Positions 1 to 9,300 of a stretch of 47,603 bases of DNA are shown one piece after another. Made by a program: the position numbers and the translations under genes. Positions within the stretch are counted from its first letter, which is position 1; every line of letters starts with the position of its first letter. The DNA comes from Victivallales bacterium. GTDB lineage: Bacteria; Verrucomicrobiota; Lentisphaeria; Oligosphaerales; Oligosphaeraceae. Location of the stretch: contig JAFXSU010000344.1 of the NCBI GenBank assembly GCA_017525435.1, positions 1-47,603 of the forward strand. The letters are read 5' to 3'. The notes under the pieces were generated by a model. The model was given only the letters and a program-made list of their open reading frames with translations, had not been told where the DNA came from and searched no databases.

Positions 1-10
1 CCAGCGGAAG

Positions 11-122
11 GGTATTAGAGGTTAGAGAATAGAGGTGAGAGGTGAGAGGTGAGAGGGTAGAGGGTAGAGGTGAGAGGTGAGAGGTGAGAGGGTACAAGGT
101 ACAAGGTACAGGGTACAAGGCT
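11..122. repeat. Tandem heptamer array, 16 units (GAGGTGA / GAGGGTA / CAAGGTA and degenerate edge copies)
   Basis: Read directly: strict 7-nt period from 11 to 122 (gaggtga x3, gagggta x2, gaggtga x3, gagggta, caaggta x2, cagggta, caaggct). It runs without a spacer into the nonamer array. Confidence 0.9.
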
Positions 123-264
123 AGCCCTGCTAGTTCTGCTAGAGCGGCTAGTTCTGCTAGCCCTGCTAGTTCTGCTAGGGCGGCTAGCCCTGCTAGTTCT
201 GCTAGGGCGGCTAGGGCGGCTAGGGCGGCTAGCCCTGCTAGGGCGGCTAGATCGGCTAGTTGTT
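121..264. repeat. Tandem nonamer array, 16 units of CTAG-NN-CKG (CTAGCCCTG, CTAGTTCTG, CTAGGGCGG and variants)
   Basis: Read directly: exact 9-nt period, with partial 27-nt A-B-C higher-order units. The array ends at the base before the ade stop codon (265-267). Confidence 0.95.
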
Positions 265-1926
265 CTACACCAATTCGAAGCGGTCCACGTCCACCAGGCC
301 CAGGTCGGTGAGTTTGAGGTGTGGAATGACTGCCAGCGGCAGGAAAGCCATTTGCAGGAACGGCTCTTGCAGATTACAGCCATATTCATGAACTGTTTGT
401 CGCAGTTTCAGCAATTGCGTGGCAATGGTCTCGGCGGGCTTGTCGGAGAAGAGTCCTGCATAGGGCAGTGGAACCAAGGCGGTAACCGCACCGTCGCAGG
501 TTGCGACAAAGCCGCCTTGTGATTCACGCAATGTATTGATGGCGAGTGCCATGTCAGCAGGATTCGTGCCGACTACGCAGAGGTTATGGGAGTCGTGCCC
601 AACGCTGGAGGCGATAGCGCCTTTCTTTAGACCGACGCCACGCACATAGCCTCTGGCGAGATTGCCGTTTTTGCCATGGCGTTCAATCACTGCGATGGGC
701 AGGACATCTTCGTCGGTGGGAAGAAGCTCCAGGAAATCAGTGACCAGATCGCCGTCCCGCACTCCGATGACAGGGATGGGTTTTTCGGGATTGGGCGTCA
801 TGGTGAAGTCGTCAGCAGTCATTTCCTTACAGTGGACGGTGTTGCGGAATGGATTCGGAGTGGGCAGAACATCCGCTCCATAGCCGATACCGGTGGCCGG
901 GCGGCCATGAACCAACACGTTGGCGACCTTGCAGTGCTCGAAGTTTGAGAGTAGAACAATGTCCGCGCGTTTGCCTGGCGCGATGATGCCCCGGTCGTCA
1001 AGACCCAGTCCGCGTGCGGCAGACCAGCTGGCAACGCGGTATGCCACCAACGGCGAGACGCCTTTTTCGATAGTCTGCGCGATGATTCCATCAATATATC
1101 CCAATTCCTTGAAGTCAAGAGGATTGCGGTCATCTGTGCAGAAGGCCAGGAAAGGCGAGTTCTCAATGGTCAGCAACGGCAGCATCGTATCCAGATTACG
1201 GGCGGCGCTGCCTTCGCGGATGAGGACCTGGAGTCCGCGTTGCAATTTCTCCTTTGCTTCTGCCAGCGTGGAGCATTCGTGGTCATTGCGAACGCCGACC
1301 GAGATGTAGGCGTTCAAATCCTTGCCGTTCAGCAGTGGACAATGACCGTCGATATGGTCAAACAACGAAATTTTCTGCAGGAGTTCATCGTCCTGATGCA
1401 GAACCCCTGGAACGTTCATGAGTTCTGCGAGAGCTGCTTTGGGATAACGTTCGTGCCATACGGCCAGGTCATCCGCAGTGATGGCTGCACCGGAGGTTTC
1501 CAATTGGGTGGCGGGCACGCAGCTGGAGAGTCGCACCAGCATGGTCATCGTGAGTTTCTCCGCACATGCGAAGAAGTAATCGAAGGCATCGGTGCCGACC
1601 ACGTTGGCCAATTCGTGCGGGTCGCATGCCACGGTGGTGACGCCATGCCGCAGGGCACACCGCTCAAATTCCGCAGGAGTCATCAGGGTGGATTCTAGAT
1701 GCAAGTGCGCATCAATGAAACCGGGAACAGCGGTCAAGCCAGTGGCATCCAGCTCCAGGTCGCCGGAGTAGCCCACGCCCACGCCCACAATGAGACCCTC
1801 GCTGTCGATGGCGATGTCCGCCACTTCGAATTCTCCGGTGGTCAGATGGAAAATTCGGGCGTTTTTGACGACCAGATGCGCTTTGCGTGTGCCGCGCGCA
1901 GTGGCAATTCGTTCACTGAGGTTCAT
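265..1926 (-). CDS. ade: Adenine deaminase
   Basis: 553-aa ORF with an ATG start. It has the amidohydrolase metal motif PGFIDAHLHLES near the N-terminus, and its length and layout are typical of Ade. Confidence 0.85.
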   Translation of the reverse strand: MNLSERIATARGTRKAHLVVKNARIFHLTTGEFEVADIAIDSEGLIVGVGVGYSGDLELDATGLTAVPGFIDAHLHLESTLMTPAEFERCALRHGVTTVACDPHELANVVGTDAFDYFFACAEKLTMTMLVRLSSCVPATQLETSGAAITADDLAVWHERYPKAALAELMNVPGVLHQDDELLQKISLFDHIDGHCPLLNGKDLNAYISVGVRNDHECSTLAEAKEKLQRGLQVLIREGSAARNLDTMLPLLTIENSPFLAFCTDDRNPLDFKELGYIDGIIAQTIEKGVSPLVAYRVASWSAARGLGLDDRGIIAPGKRADIVLLSNFEHCKVANVLVHGRPATGIGYGADVLPTPNPFRNTVHCKEMTADDFTMTPNPEKPIPVIGVRDGDLVTDFLELLPTDEDVLPIAVIERHGKNGNLARGYVRGVGLKKGAIASSVGHDSHNLCVVGTNPADMALAINTLRESQGGFVATCDGAVTALVPLPYAGLFSDKPAETIATQLLKLRQTVHEYGCNLQEPFLQMAFLPLAVIPHLKLTDLGLVDVDRFELV

Positions 1927-2043
1927 GATGGTGTCTTGGTTGCTTGAAGAGGCTTTCTTCCAATATAATCAAAGAGAGTATATTTTCCCCGGTGCAGACC
2001 AAAATATGTTATGACCTCTGCGGAAAATGATTGGACTGGCTGG

Positions 2044-4599
2044 CTACCGCCACTCGTGCTTGGGGTAGCGGCGGGAGAGCTGGGGCTTGATGGCGGGGTA
2101 GTGGACTTGCCAGAAGCGCGGAAGGTCGTCGGTGATCTGGACGGTGCGGAAGTTTGGCGCAAGGATGTCCAGCAGGACTGGGATGCGTCCGTCGGCGACG
2201 GTGAGGGGGCCGTTGACATCGTAGAGTTCCTGGATGCGCGCCCGGCCTTTCGGGGACTGTCCGGGATGGTATTCGATTCGCATCTTGCGGTTGCGCGGAA
2301 GGGGGATGGTGGCAGGGGCGAGGCGCTCTACGGCGGCGAGCTGCTTTGGGGTGAGGATGGCCTGCAAGAAGGGCAGGGCGGGCTTGTTGCGAACGGCGGC
2401 GTAGGTTCGTTCGCCTGCGCAGAGAGCCTGTCGAATGGCGCGGCATTCGTCGTCGGTGTATTCCGGCAATTCGAGTTCTGGGAAATGCGGACGCAGGAAG
2501 CGCACGCGGTCAATCCAGGCGGTGCATTTTTCGTCCCAGCCCAATAGTGAAAGGGCGTTGGTGGACTCGATTTGTTCGGCGAGGAGCGTGGCGGCCTGGT
2601 CAGGCGGCGGGTCGTTGCGAACGGATTCCTCCAGGACCAGCCCCAGACAGGAGAGCGTGCGGCGGCGTAGGACTTGCTGTTTCACGCTGTCCCAGAAGAT
2701 GTTGTCGTCTTCTTTCAATTCCTCTGGATATTGTTCCCAGAGCCATTCTTCGCGGATTCCGGAGGCCAGGGAGAGTTCGACCGTGGTTCCAGGGGAATTG
2801 CCGGCAGTGGTCTCACGAATTTCGGCGGCAATGAAGAGTGGCTCATCCCGTACCAGGCTGCGGGGACTGAGCATCGCACGCTTGCGCCCTTGGAGTTCGC
2901 AGGAGAGCGTGCCTTTGTCGAGCCGGCGGGCGAGGCGATCGGGAAAGCATTCCAGGAGCAGGCGTGCCAGTGCGATTTCGGGGCTTTTACTCGCGGGCAC
3001 GGAACTGGCGTGGGTGGAACTACGGAGGCTGGCCCACTCGCGGGCGATGTCGCGGGCGGCACCTGCTTGGATACCCAGTCGCTCACAGGCATCCAAGGAA
3101 AAATGTTGTGCAGAAGCCTGACGGACCAGTTCAAGTTGTGCAAGAAAATCCGATTCTGGCATGTCTTGTCCAGAATTGTCCTGTTTTGTCCGGCGAAGAT
3201 TTCCCCGCAGTTCGGTGAGTTGACGTGTCGGCATGGTGCGTGCAGCAATCAGCGGACGGGAAGCGAGAATTGCCGCGCAGCCACAAGCCAGATCGTAGAT
3301 GCCGAGTTGTGCGCTTCTCCAGAGCAACAACGCCAGACGCGGATGGGTGGGGAAGGCGAGAACCGCGCGACCGGTGTTGGTCGCAGTGCCGTCGGGGTTT
3401 AGAAGACCGAGGCTGTTCAGGAGGGCATGTGCGGCCCTCACGCTGTTTTCGGGTGGCCGCTGGAACCATGGGAAGTCGTTGTCGTCGGTCCATCCGGCGC
3501 AGTGGATTGTCAGGAGGGCGTCGGCGAGATCCACCCGGACGATTTCGGGTGGCGTGTGGGGCATCTTGTGGTCTTGTTCGAGTGCGTTCCAGAGTCGTCG
3601 GCAGAAGCCTGGTGCCTCGCGTCCGGCACGTCCGGCGCGCTGCTGCGCGGAGTCGCGTGAGATGGGGACGGTCTCCAGGATGTCAATGCCTCGTGTGGCA
3701 TCGTAGCGGCTTTGCTTGACCAGGCCAGAATCGATGACGATGCGCACGCCAGGGATGGTGAGGCTGGTCTCGGCGATGTTGGTCGCCAGAATGACTTTGC
3801 GCTTCGGGGCGGGATTCATTACGGCGCGTTGTGCCTCAGGCGGGAGGTCGCCGTAGAGCGCAAGAATCTCCAGCGGCTCAGGATACTTGTGGCGGCGGAT
3901 TTCCTCTTCGCAACGACGGATTTCGCCGACGCCGGGCAGGAACACCAGCACGTCGCCCGGATGGTGTTCCGTGACTTCGTGCAGGCTCTCTGCCACTGCG
4001 GGATAGAGGCTGGGGAGGTCGGTGTGTCGGATGTAAGAGATGTCCACGGGATGGAGGCGTCCTTCGGAGGCAAGTACAGGGCAGCCGTTGAGATAGTTGG
4101 AGACCGTCGTAGCATCCAGCGTGGCGCTCATTACCACGAGCCGGAGGTCGGGTCGGCTTTGTTGCTGAAGGTCGCGTGCCATTGCCAGTCCCAGGTCGGC
4201 ATTGAGGCTGCGCTCGTGAAATTCATCGAATACAATTGCGCCGTAGTCGGATAATTCATTTGGATTCAATAGCATCCGCGTGAGAATTCCCTCGGTGACG
4301 AAGAGCAGACGCGTCTGTGAAGAGACCGCGCGGTCAAAACGGGTGACGAAGCCTACGGTCTCGCCGAGTTTGCCGCCGAGCTCCCAGGCGACTCGCTCCG
4401 CAAGCATTCTCGCGGCAAGGCGACGCGGCTGGAGAACCAATATCTTTTTTTCTGGCCGAAGTTCCTTCAGGAGCCACTGAGGAATCTGCGTGGACTTGCC
4501 AGAACCCGTTGGCGCAGTCACCACGCATGCGTTCTGCTTGCATAATGTCGCGCAGAAGGCGCTTTCGATTTCATAAATCGGCAGCGAGGATTCATTCAT
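2044..4599 (-). CDS. hrpB: ATP-dependent RNA helicase HrpB (DEAH/RHA family)
   Basis: 851 aa. Helicase motifs present: APTGSGKST (I), DEFHERS (II), SATL (III), ATNIAETSLTI (V), QRAGRAGR (VI), followed by a long HrpB-type C-terminal region. Confidence 0.9.
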   Translation of the reverse strand: MNESSLPIYEIESAFCATLCKQNACVVTAPTGSGKSTQIPQWLLKELRPEKKILVLQPRRLAARMLAERVAWELGGKLGETVGFVTRFDRAVSSQTRLLFVTEGILTRMLLNPNELSDYGAIVFDEFHERSLNADLGLAMARDLQQQSRPDLRLVVMSATLDATTVSNYLNGCPVLASEGRLHPVDISYIRHTDLPSLYPAVAESLHEVTEHHPGDVLVFLPGVGEIRRCEEEIRRHKYPEPLEILALYGDLPPEAQRAVMNPAPKRKVILATNIAETSLTIPGVRIVIDSGLVKQSRYDATRGIDILETVPISRDSAQQRAGRAGREAPGFCRRLWNALEQDHKMPHTPPEIVRVDLADALLTIHCAGWTDDNDFPWFQRPPENSVRAAHALLNSLGLLNPDGTATNTGRAVLAFPTHPRLALLLWRSAQLGIYDLACGCAAILASRPLIAARTMPTRQLTELRGNLRRTKQDNSGQDMPESDFLAQLELVRQASAQHFSLDACERLGIQAGAARDIAREWASLRSSTHASSVPASKSPEIALARLLLECFPDRLARRLDKGTLSCELQGRKRAMLSPRSLVRDEPLFIAAEIRETTAGNSPGTTVELSLASGIREEWLWEQYPEELKEDDNIFWDSVKQQVLRRRTLSCLGLVLEESVRNDPPPDQAATLLAEQIESTNALSLLGWDEKCTAWIDRVRFLRPHFPELELPEYTDDECRAIRQALCAGERTYAAVRNKPALPFLQAILTPKQLAAVERLAPATIPLPRNRKMRIEYHPGQSPKGRARIQELYDVNGPLTVADGRIPVLLDILAPNFRTVQITDDLPRFWQVHYPAIKPQLSRRYPKHEWR

Positions 4600-4616
4600 A
4601 AATATTATATCTAATT

Positions 4617-5915
4617 TTATTTCAATATATTAAAGATAATTTCTAAGGTTTTTGCGATAGCCCCGCGGTGCCGTTCGACGGTGGCGCGGGCATGTGCGCC
4701 AAGTTCGTTGCGCAAGGCATCATTCTCGGCGAGGCGTAGAAGCGTGGGGAGGAGTTCGGCATTATTGGCAAAAGCCATGGCAGCATGTTCGGATTGGAAA
4801 ATCTGATCCACCTGCCGGAAGTTCTCCATGTGTGGACCGTAGATAATGGCTTTGCCGAAGATGGCAGGTTCGATGATGTTGTGTCCGCCAAACTGTCCAT
4901 CGAGGCTCTTTCCCACGAAACAAATGTCGGAGGCTTGATAGTAGTTCATCAATTGACCGGTGGTGTTCACCAAAAGCACATCGGCGTTGCTCGGCGCGGC
5001 GGGCGTGGCATCCTCGACAGGTTGCACTGAATGCCATAACAGGTTGCGTGACTGGAGAATCTTCACTACTGCACTGGCGCGTTCGACATGCCGCGGAACC
5101 AATACCATTCGCCATTCCGGATGCGCCTGACGCAGACCTATGAAGGCATCGCAAATGACTTCCTCTTCGCCTTCATGCGTACTGCCGACACAGAAAAGCG
5201 GGTGCGTGCCAGTGCCAAAGGCCTCGGCCAGCGGAGTGGCGACATCCGCGCCCGTGCGGTCGGGCACCTGGTCGAATTTGACGGTTCCCATGGTGTGGAT
5301 GCGCTTGTCCGGTCCGATGACGCGTTCCAGCCGCGCCTGGTCTTCTGGCGTCTGCATGCACAATGCGCTGAAGGCGCAGAAGATCTTCCGGAAGGCAAAA
5401 CCCCATCGGGCGTAGCCCGCGCTGGATTTGTCTGAAAGACGACCATTGACCAATACGACTGGAATGCCTCGACGGTGGCTCTGGAGGATCAGCTGGGGCC
5501 AGATTTCGACCTCTAGGATGACCAGCATCTTGGGATGAACAAGATTCAGGGTATGCCAGACCATCCACCAGATGTCCAATGGGCAGTAGATGGCCACTAC
5601 ATCGGACGGGAGTTTCTTGGTCGCAGTGGCGAAGCCTGTGGCGGTTCCGCAGGAGAAGACGATTTCGACTTCGGGGTCGCGAACTCGCCACTCCTGGATG
5701 AACGAAAGAGCCTCGATGGCCTCGCCGACACTGACGGCGTGGATCCACACCGGCGCCTTCAGTGCCTTGAGGCGCTGTTTGGTGTTGGCCGGAAAGATTC
5801 CAAAGCGCTCCCAGAAGTCCTTTGTGAGTCCTCCGCGCCGAATGCAGTGGACGGCGTAGAAGGGCAGGTAGAGCAGAACCACCAGTGGGAAAAGAATGCT
5901 GTAAAGAATCAACAT
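4617..5915 (-). CDS. waaA: 3-deoxy-D-manno-octulosonic acid (Kdo) transferase
   Basis: 432 aa with an N-terminal membrane anchor and the WIHAVSVGE motif characteristic of KdtA/WaaA (GT30). Confidence 0.85.
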   Translation of the reverse strand: MLILYSILFPLVVLLYLPFYAVHCIRRGGLTKDFWERFGIFPANTKQRLKALKAPVWIHAVSVGEAIEALSFIQEWRVRDPEVEIVFSCGTATGFATATKKLPSDVVAIYCPLDIWWMVWHTLNLVHPKMLVILEVEIWPQLILQSHRRGIPVVLVNGRLSDKSSAGYARWGFAFRKIFCAFSALCMQTPEDQARLERVIGPDKRIHTMGTVKFDQVPDRTGADVATPLAEAFGTGTHPLFCVGSTHEGEEEVICDAFIGLRQAHPEWRMVLVPRHVERASAVVKILQSRNLLWHSVQPVEDATPAAPSNADVLLVNTTGQLMNYYQASDICFVGKSLDGQFGGHNIIEPAIFGKAIIYGPHMENFRQVDQIFQSEHAAMAFANNAELLPTLLRLAENDALRNELGAHARATVERHRGAIAKTLEIIFNILK

Positions 5916-6017
5916 GGTTGGTTAATCGCCAAAAGGGGGATGGGCGTATAACAATATAATATAGAGCCTCTGGCCATGCCAATCCTTGAAATCCTACGCC
6001 TTTTTCCCCGTGTCACC

Positions 6018-6045
6018 TTGAATTACTCCTGAATCGTGTTATTTT
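6018..6045 (+). promoter_or_regulatory. Putative sigma70-type promoter for tRNA-Arg (TTGAAT-16 nt-TATTTT)
   Basis: Hexamers at 6018-6023 and 6040-6045 with a 16-nt spacer, about 22 nt upstream of the tRNA 5' end. Confidence 0.3.
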
Positions 6046-6067
6046 AAAGCAATTTCCCGATTTACGG

Positions 6068-6144
6068 GTGCCCGTAGCTCAATTGGATAGAGCGTCTGCC
6101 TCCGGAGCAGAAGGTTACAGGTTCAAGCCCTGCCGGGCATACCA
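6068..6144 (+). tRNA. tRNA-Arg (anticodon CCG), CCA encoded
   Basis: Manual cloverleaf: acceptor GTGCCCG/CGGGCAT, D arm GCTC..GAGC, anticodon stem TCTGC/GCAGA with loop CTCCGGA, T arm with GTTCAAGCC, then 3' ACCA. Length 77 nt. Confidence 0.9.
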
Positions 6145-6158
6145 GTTTTGCACAAAAG

Positions 6159-6195
6159 ATGGCCGTGCCTTTTTAAGGTGCGGCCATTTTTGTTG
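6159..6195. terminator. Rho-independent terminator, probably bidirectional (tRNA-Arg and the convergent 1506-aa gene)
   Basis: Hairpin ATGGCCG...CGGCCAT (6159-6165 / 6181-6187), followed by a T-run on the plus strand and preceded by an A-run. Confidence 0.7.
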
Positions 6196-6360
6196 TGCTT
6201 TGAGGATATGACGAGAGATTTGACAGGCAACCATTTGGGATTCTTGTGACTTGTGGGATTGGAGGAATTCAGCCACCATCACTTGTCTCAACGTTCCAAT
6301 TGTCCCAAATGGCTCACCCGTCCTATTTTGGCTTATCGGCAAGTTTATGATAGGGTTCCC

Positions 6361-9300
6361 TTATTCTCCAAAGCGGAGTTCGCCGAAGAGAGAGGAGTCC
6401 TTGCCGCCGCAGACACCGCTGGCCCACTCAAGCCATCCGCGCAGGTGGTCGGAGTCATTGTCATTGACGGTGAAGGCGAAGGAAATGAGCATGCCGGGCT
6501 TCGGCGGTGGCAGGGCAAGTTTATTCCATGGGATGGCTGCACGATAACGCGTGAGGTTGCCTTCCCGTTCGGCGTGGATCTGCGCGTCGGCAAGGAGTCC
6601 CTGCCCGTCGCCGCCCATCCACTGATAGACGATGCCGTCTGTGCCCGCAGGTAGGGCGAGGCCGAACTCGCGCTCACGTCCATCGTAGCCTTGCGCAAGA
6701 TTGGCGGGGAAGGCGCGGAGGGCGAATTGTAGGCAGTCCTCCTTCCAGATGAACTCGTCGGAGTGCGTCTGGAGGTGGACATCGTCGGTGACCTCCGCCT
6801 GTACATATAAGTACTGGTCGTCCCAGGCGCAGCGGACGCGCGCAGAGCAGTCGTCGTTGCCGTGGTAGTCCGCGATCTTGACGCCTGTGGGGACAGCCCA
6901 GGGACCGTCCGGCCAGGTGGAGGCATCGTGGACATCCAGGTGCGGGGCGACGCGTATTGCGGTAAGCAACGACTTGGGGGGCGCGACGGCGACCGTGCGG
7001 TCCTCGCGGCCGGCGAGGATTTCGGCGGTAAGAAGTGCGGGGGCGGCGGGTGCATTGGCCGGAACGCTGATGCGCAGGAGAGTGTGTTGCGGCGTGCGCG
7101 GCTGAAGATTGTCGAAAGCGATGGAGCGCGAGGGCTCGACCTGCCAGCCGTCCGGGAGGTTCAGCCGTACCGTTCCGCTGGCGGGAATGTTCTGGAAGTT
7201 CTCGATGCCCACGGGCAGCAGGAAGCTCTTGCCCGCACGGATTTCCGGCGGCTCGCCAAGCGTAATCTCCAGCGGTTTGGCCGGACGGCGCTGGACCGGC
7301 AGGCGCCACGCCAGGTCGCCGTTCCGCAGTTCACAGTAAAGCAATGAGCGGGTGTCGTCAGGGGCGAAGCGGACTGGCATGGTGTGAAGAGGACCGCGCT
7401 CGCCGGAGGAGTTCTGCCCGTCCGGAAGGACCACCGTGCATTTCTTGTCCGGGGTGCCGTAGATGAAGTAGTTGAAGTCGCAGGTGGCGCCGGGGAGGTC
7501 GCGGATGGTTCCGGCTGGGTGGAATGCAGTAACGCCGTATTCTGTGCGGAAGAGGTACTCCGCAGCGGAGTTGCGCAGTTCGGGTGGAATTTTCTGGTCA
7601 AACGCGAGCGTTTTTGCGCGTTTTTGCGCGTTTTTGCGCATTTTGGCGTCTGCCGGAGTGAAGGTCACAAGGACGACCTCGCCGGGTTCGAGGGTGAAGC
7701 AGTGCGAGAAGAGATTCGGGGTTTCGCGGAGTGGCGCGGTTCCAGCGTCGGTAAGCCGTTCGGCGAGCCATTGGGATCGTTCGGAGCCCGGGCCGGCGAG
7801 GGATGCGAGGTTAGCGTCGGCGACATTGAATGCACGGACATCGGGGGAGAGGTTCGCGATGGCAAGCATGAGTCGTCCATCGGGTGCCTTCCACCAGTAT
7901 CCCTGTGCGGCTTGGAGGGTTGCCTGGTGGGGGAACTCCCAGTGCCAGGTGTAGGTGACGGTTCCGGGGGCGTTGGCGGGACGCTGTTCGGCGAGGAGTT
8001 CACCTTCGCGGAAGAACTCCTTGGCGGCCCGTTGGAGGTACCCTAGGTATTCCTGATAGGCGAAGTGCTTGCGGTGTGCCTCGTCGGCGATCCATTCGGC
8101 GTTCCAGCCGGGTTGGCATCCCCAGAGGAAGTCGCGCGCCTGCTGCGCCTTGAAGGGCCATTCGTCATCCTCGGGGTGTGAGGTGTTGGAGAAGTAGATG
8201 GTGTATCCGGAATAGACGGCGGCGAGAGTGGGGACGTCCTCTTGGGTGCGAGGTGTCCAGATGAGATGTCCGTCCAGGTTGTCCATATAGGGTTCGGCTC
8301 CGCATTCGCTGGTGAGGAAGACGCCCTTGGGGGCGGCCTTGGCCTTGATGCGTGCAAGGAGCGTCCGGTACCCGTCCACCCAGTGGGTTCCGCCGCCGAG
8401 GGGATGGCCGTGCTCTGGGTTGAAGCAGAGTTCGGCGGGGCCGCAGGAGATCTGATCGAGGTAGATTCCGCTGACGTGGTATTCGTCCATCAGGCGGCTG
8501 CAGACGTAGTCCATCTTGTCCTGCCAGAGGCGGGTGTAGGGGCACATGGGTGTGAGCCTGCGTCCGGAGCCGTAAACCTCGATGGCGGGAGAGCCGTTTT
8601 CGGGGAGGGCGGCGGCTGCGCGTGCATCAGCGAAAGAGGGGATGTCCACATCCCAGAGTCGTCCGTTGATGTATGGCATGGCGAGCATTCCCTGGGAGGT
8701 CAGTCGGCGGACATTGGCATCGAAGCCTTCCCTGACGGGGAAGTATTCGGGGTAGGAGTTGTCGAAGGGGATTTGGTGCCAGCAGTACCAGTGGAGGGCG
8801 AAGCCGGGTCGGTGGTCAAGGCGTGCATGGAGTTGTTCCATGAGCGAGCCGAGATGGTCGCAGGAGGAGAATGCGATGTTGCTCAGTTGTTGCCAGAATG
8901 CGATGTCCACAAGGCTGCGCGGGAAGTCGTTTCGGACGACAATGGGGCCCTTGGCGGTCCAGGGGGCCTCGGCGGTAGCCCATTTGCGGTAGCGCTTGGC
9001 GGCCTGCCACCAGTCGCCTTGGTATGCCGCGAGGCAGAAGTCGAATTCGGCGCCGCGGGAGGCTTCGGGTTGGGCGGAGTTTTCGGCAAAGACGCGGAAC
9101 GATGCGTCCTGTTGGGAGGTGACGACGAGGCGCTTGGGGCGTGCGCCTGTGTCGTGGGCGGCGAAGTAGAGTCCTGCGTCGCCCTGGTTGAAGGCCATGA
9201 ACTGCATCTGGCACTTGTGGCTTGGATAGAGCTGGTCGCACTGGACGGCGGAGTTTCGGAAGAGGCGGTGCCCCCAGTTGGAGTCGGGCAGCAGCGCGTC

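Noticed and set aside
11-122. The heptamers AG-GTGAGA and AG-GTACAA resemble eukaryotic 5' splice donor sites.
   Set aside because: The context is bacterial (tRNAs with encoded CCA, SD sequences, operons). The resemblance is coincidental for a GGT-rich microsatellite.
121-264. The idea that the 16 in-frame TAGs after ade indicate TAG reassignment or programmed read-through.
   Set aside because: TAG terminates several well-conserved genes in the window at their expected C-termini (hrpB, cstA, yebC, dsbD, the MDR dehydrogenase, the GT9 gene and the PBP5-like gene). With a 9-nt period, the in-frame register has a one-in-three chance.
15-389. Track ORFs 15..389 (-) and 84..311 (+), which give SR/PS/AA-rich low-complexity peptides.
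   Set aside because: They are simply translations of the 7-nt and 9-nt tandem repeats. They have no start context, and one overlaps the 3' end of ade.
1927-2043. A possible purine riboswitch in the leader of the adenine deaminase gene.
   Set aside because: Reading the minus strand, I could not find the conserved purine-aptamer junction or loop sequences, nor a three-way junction.
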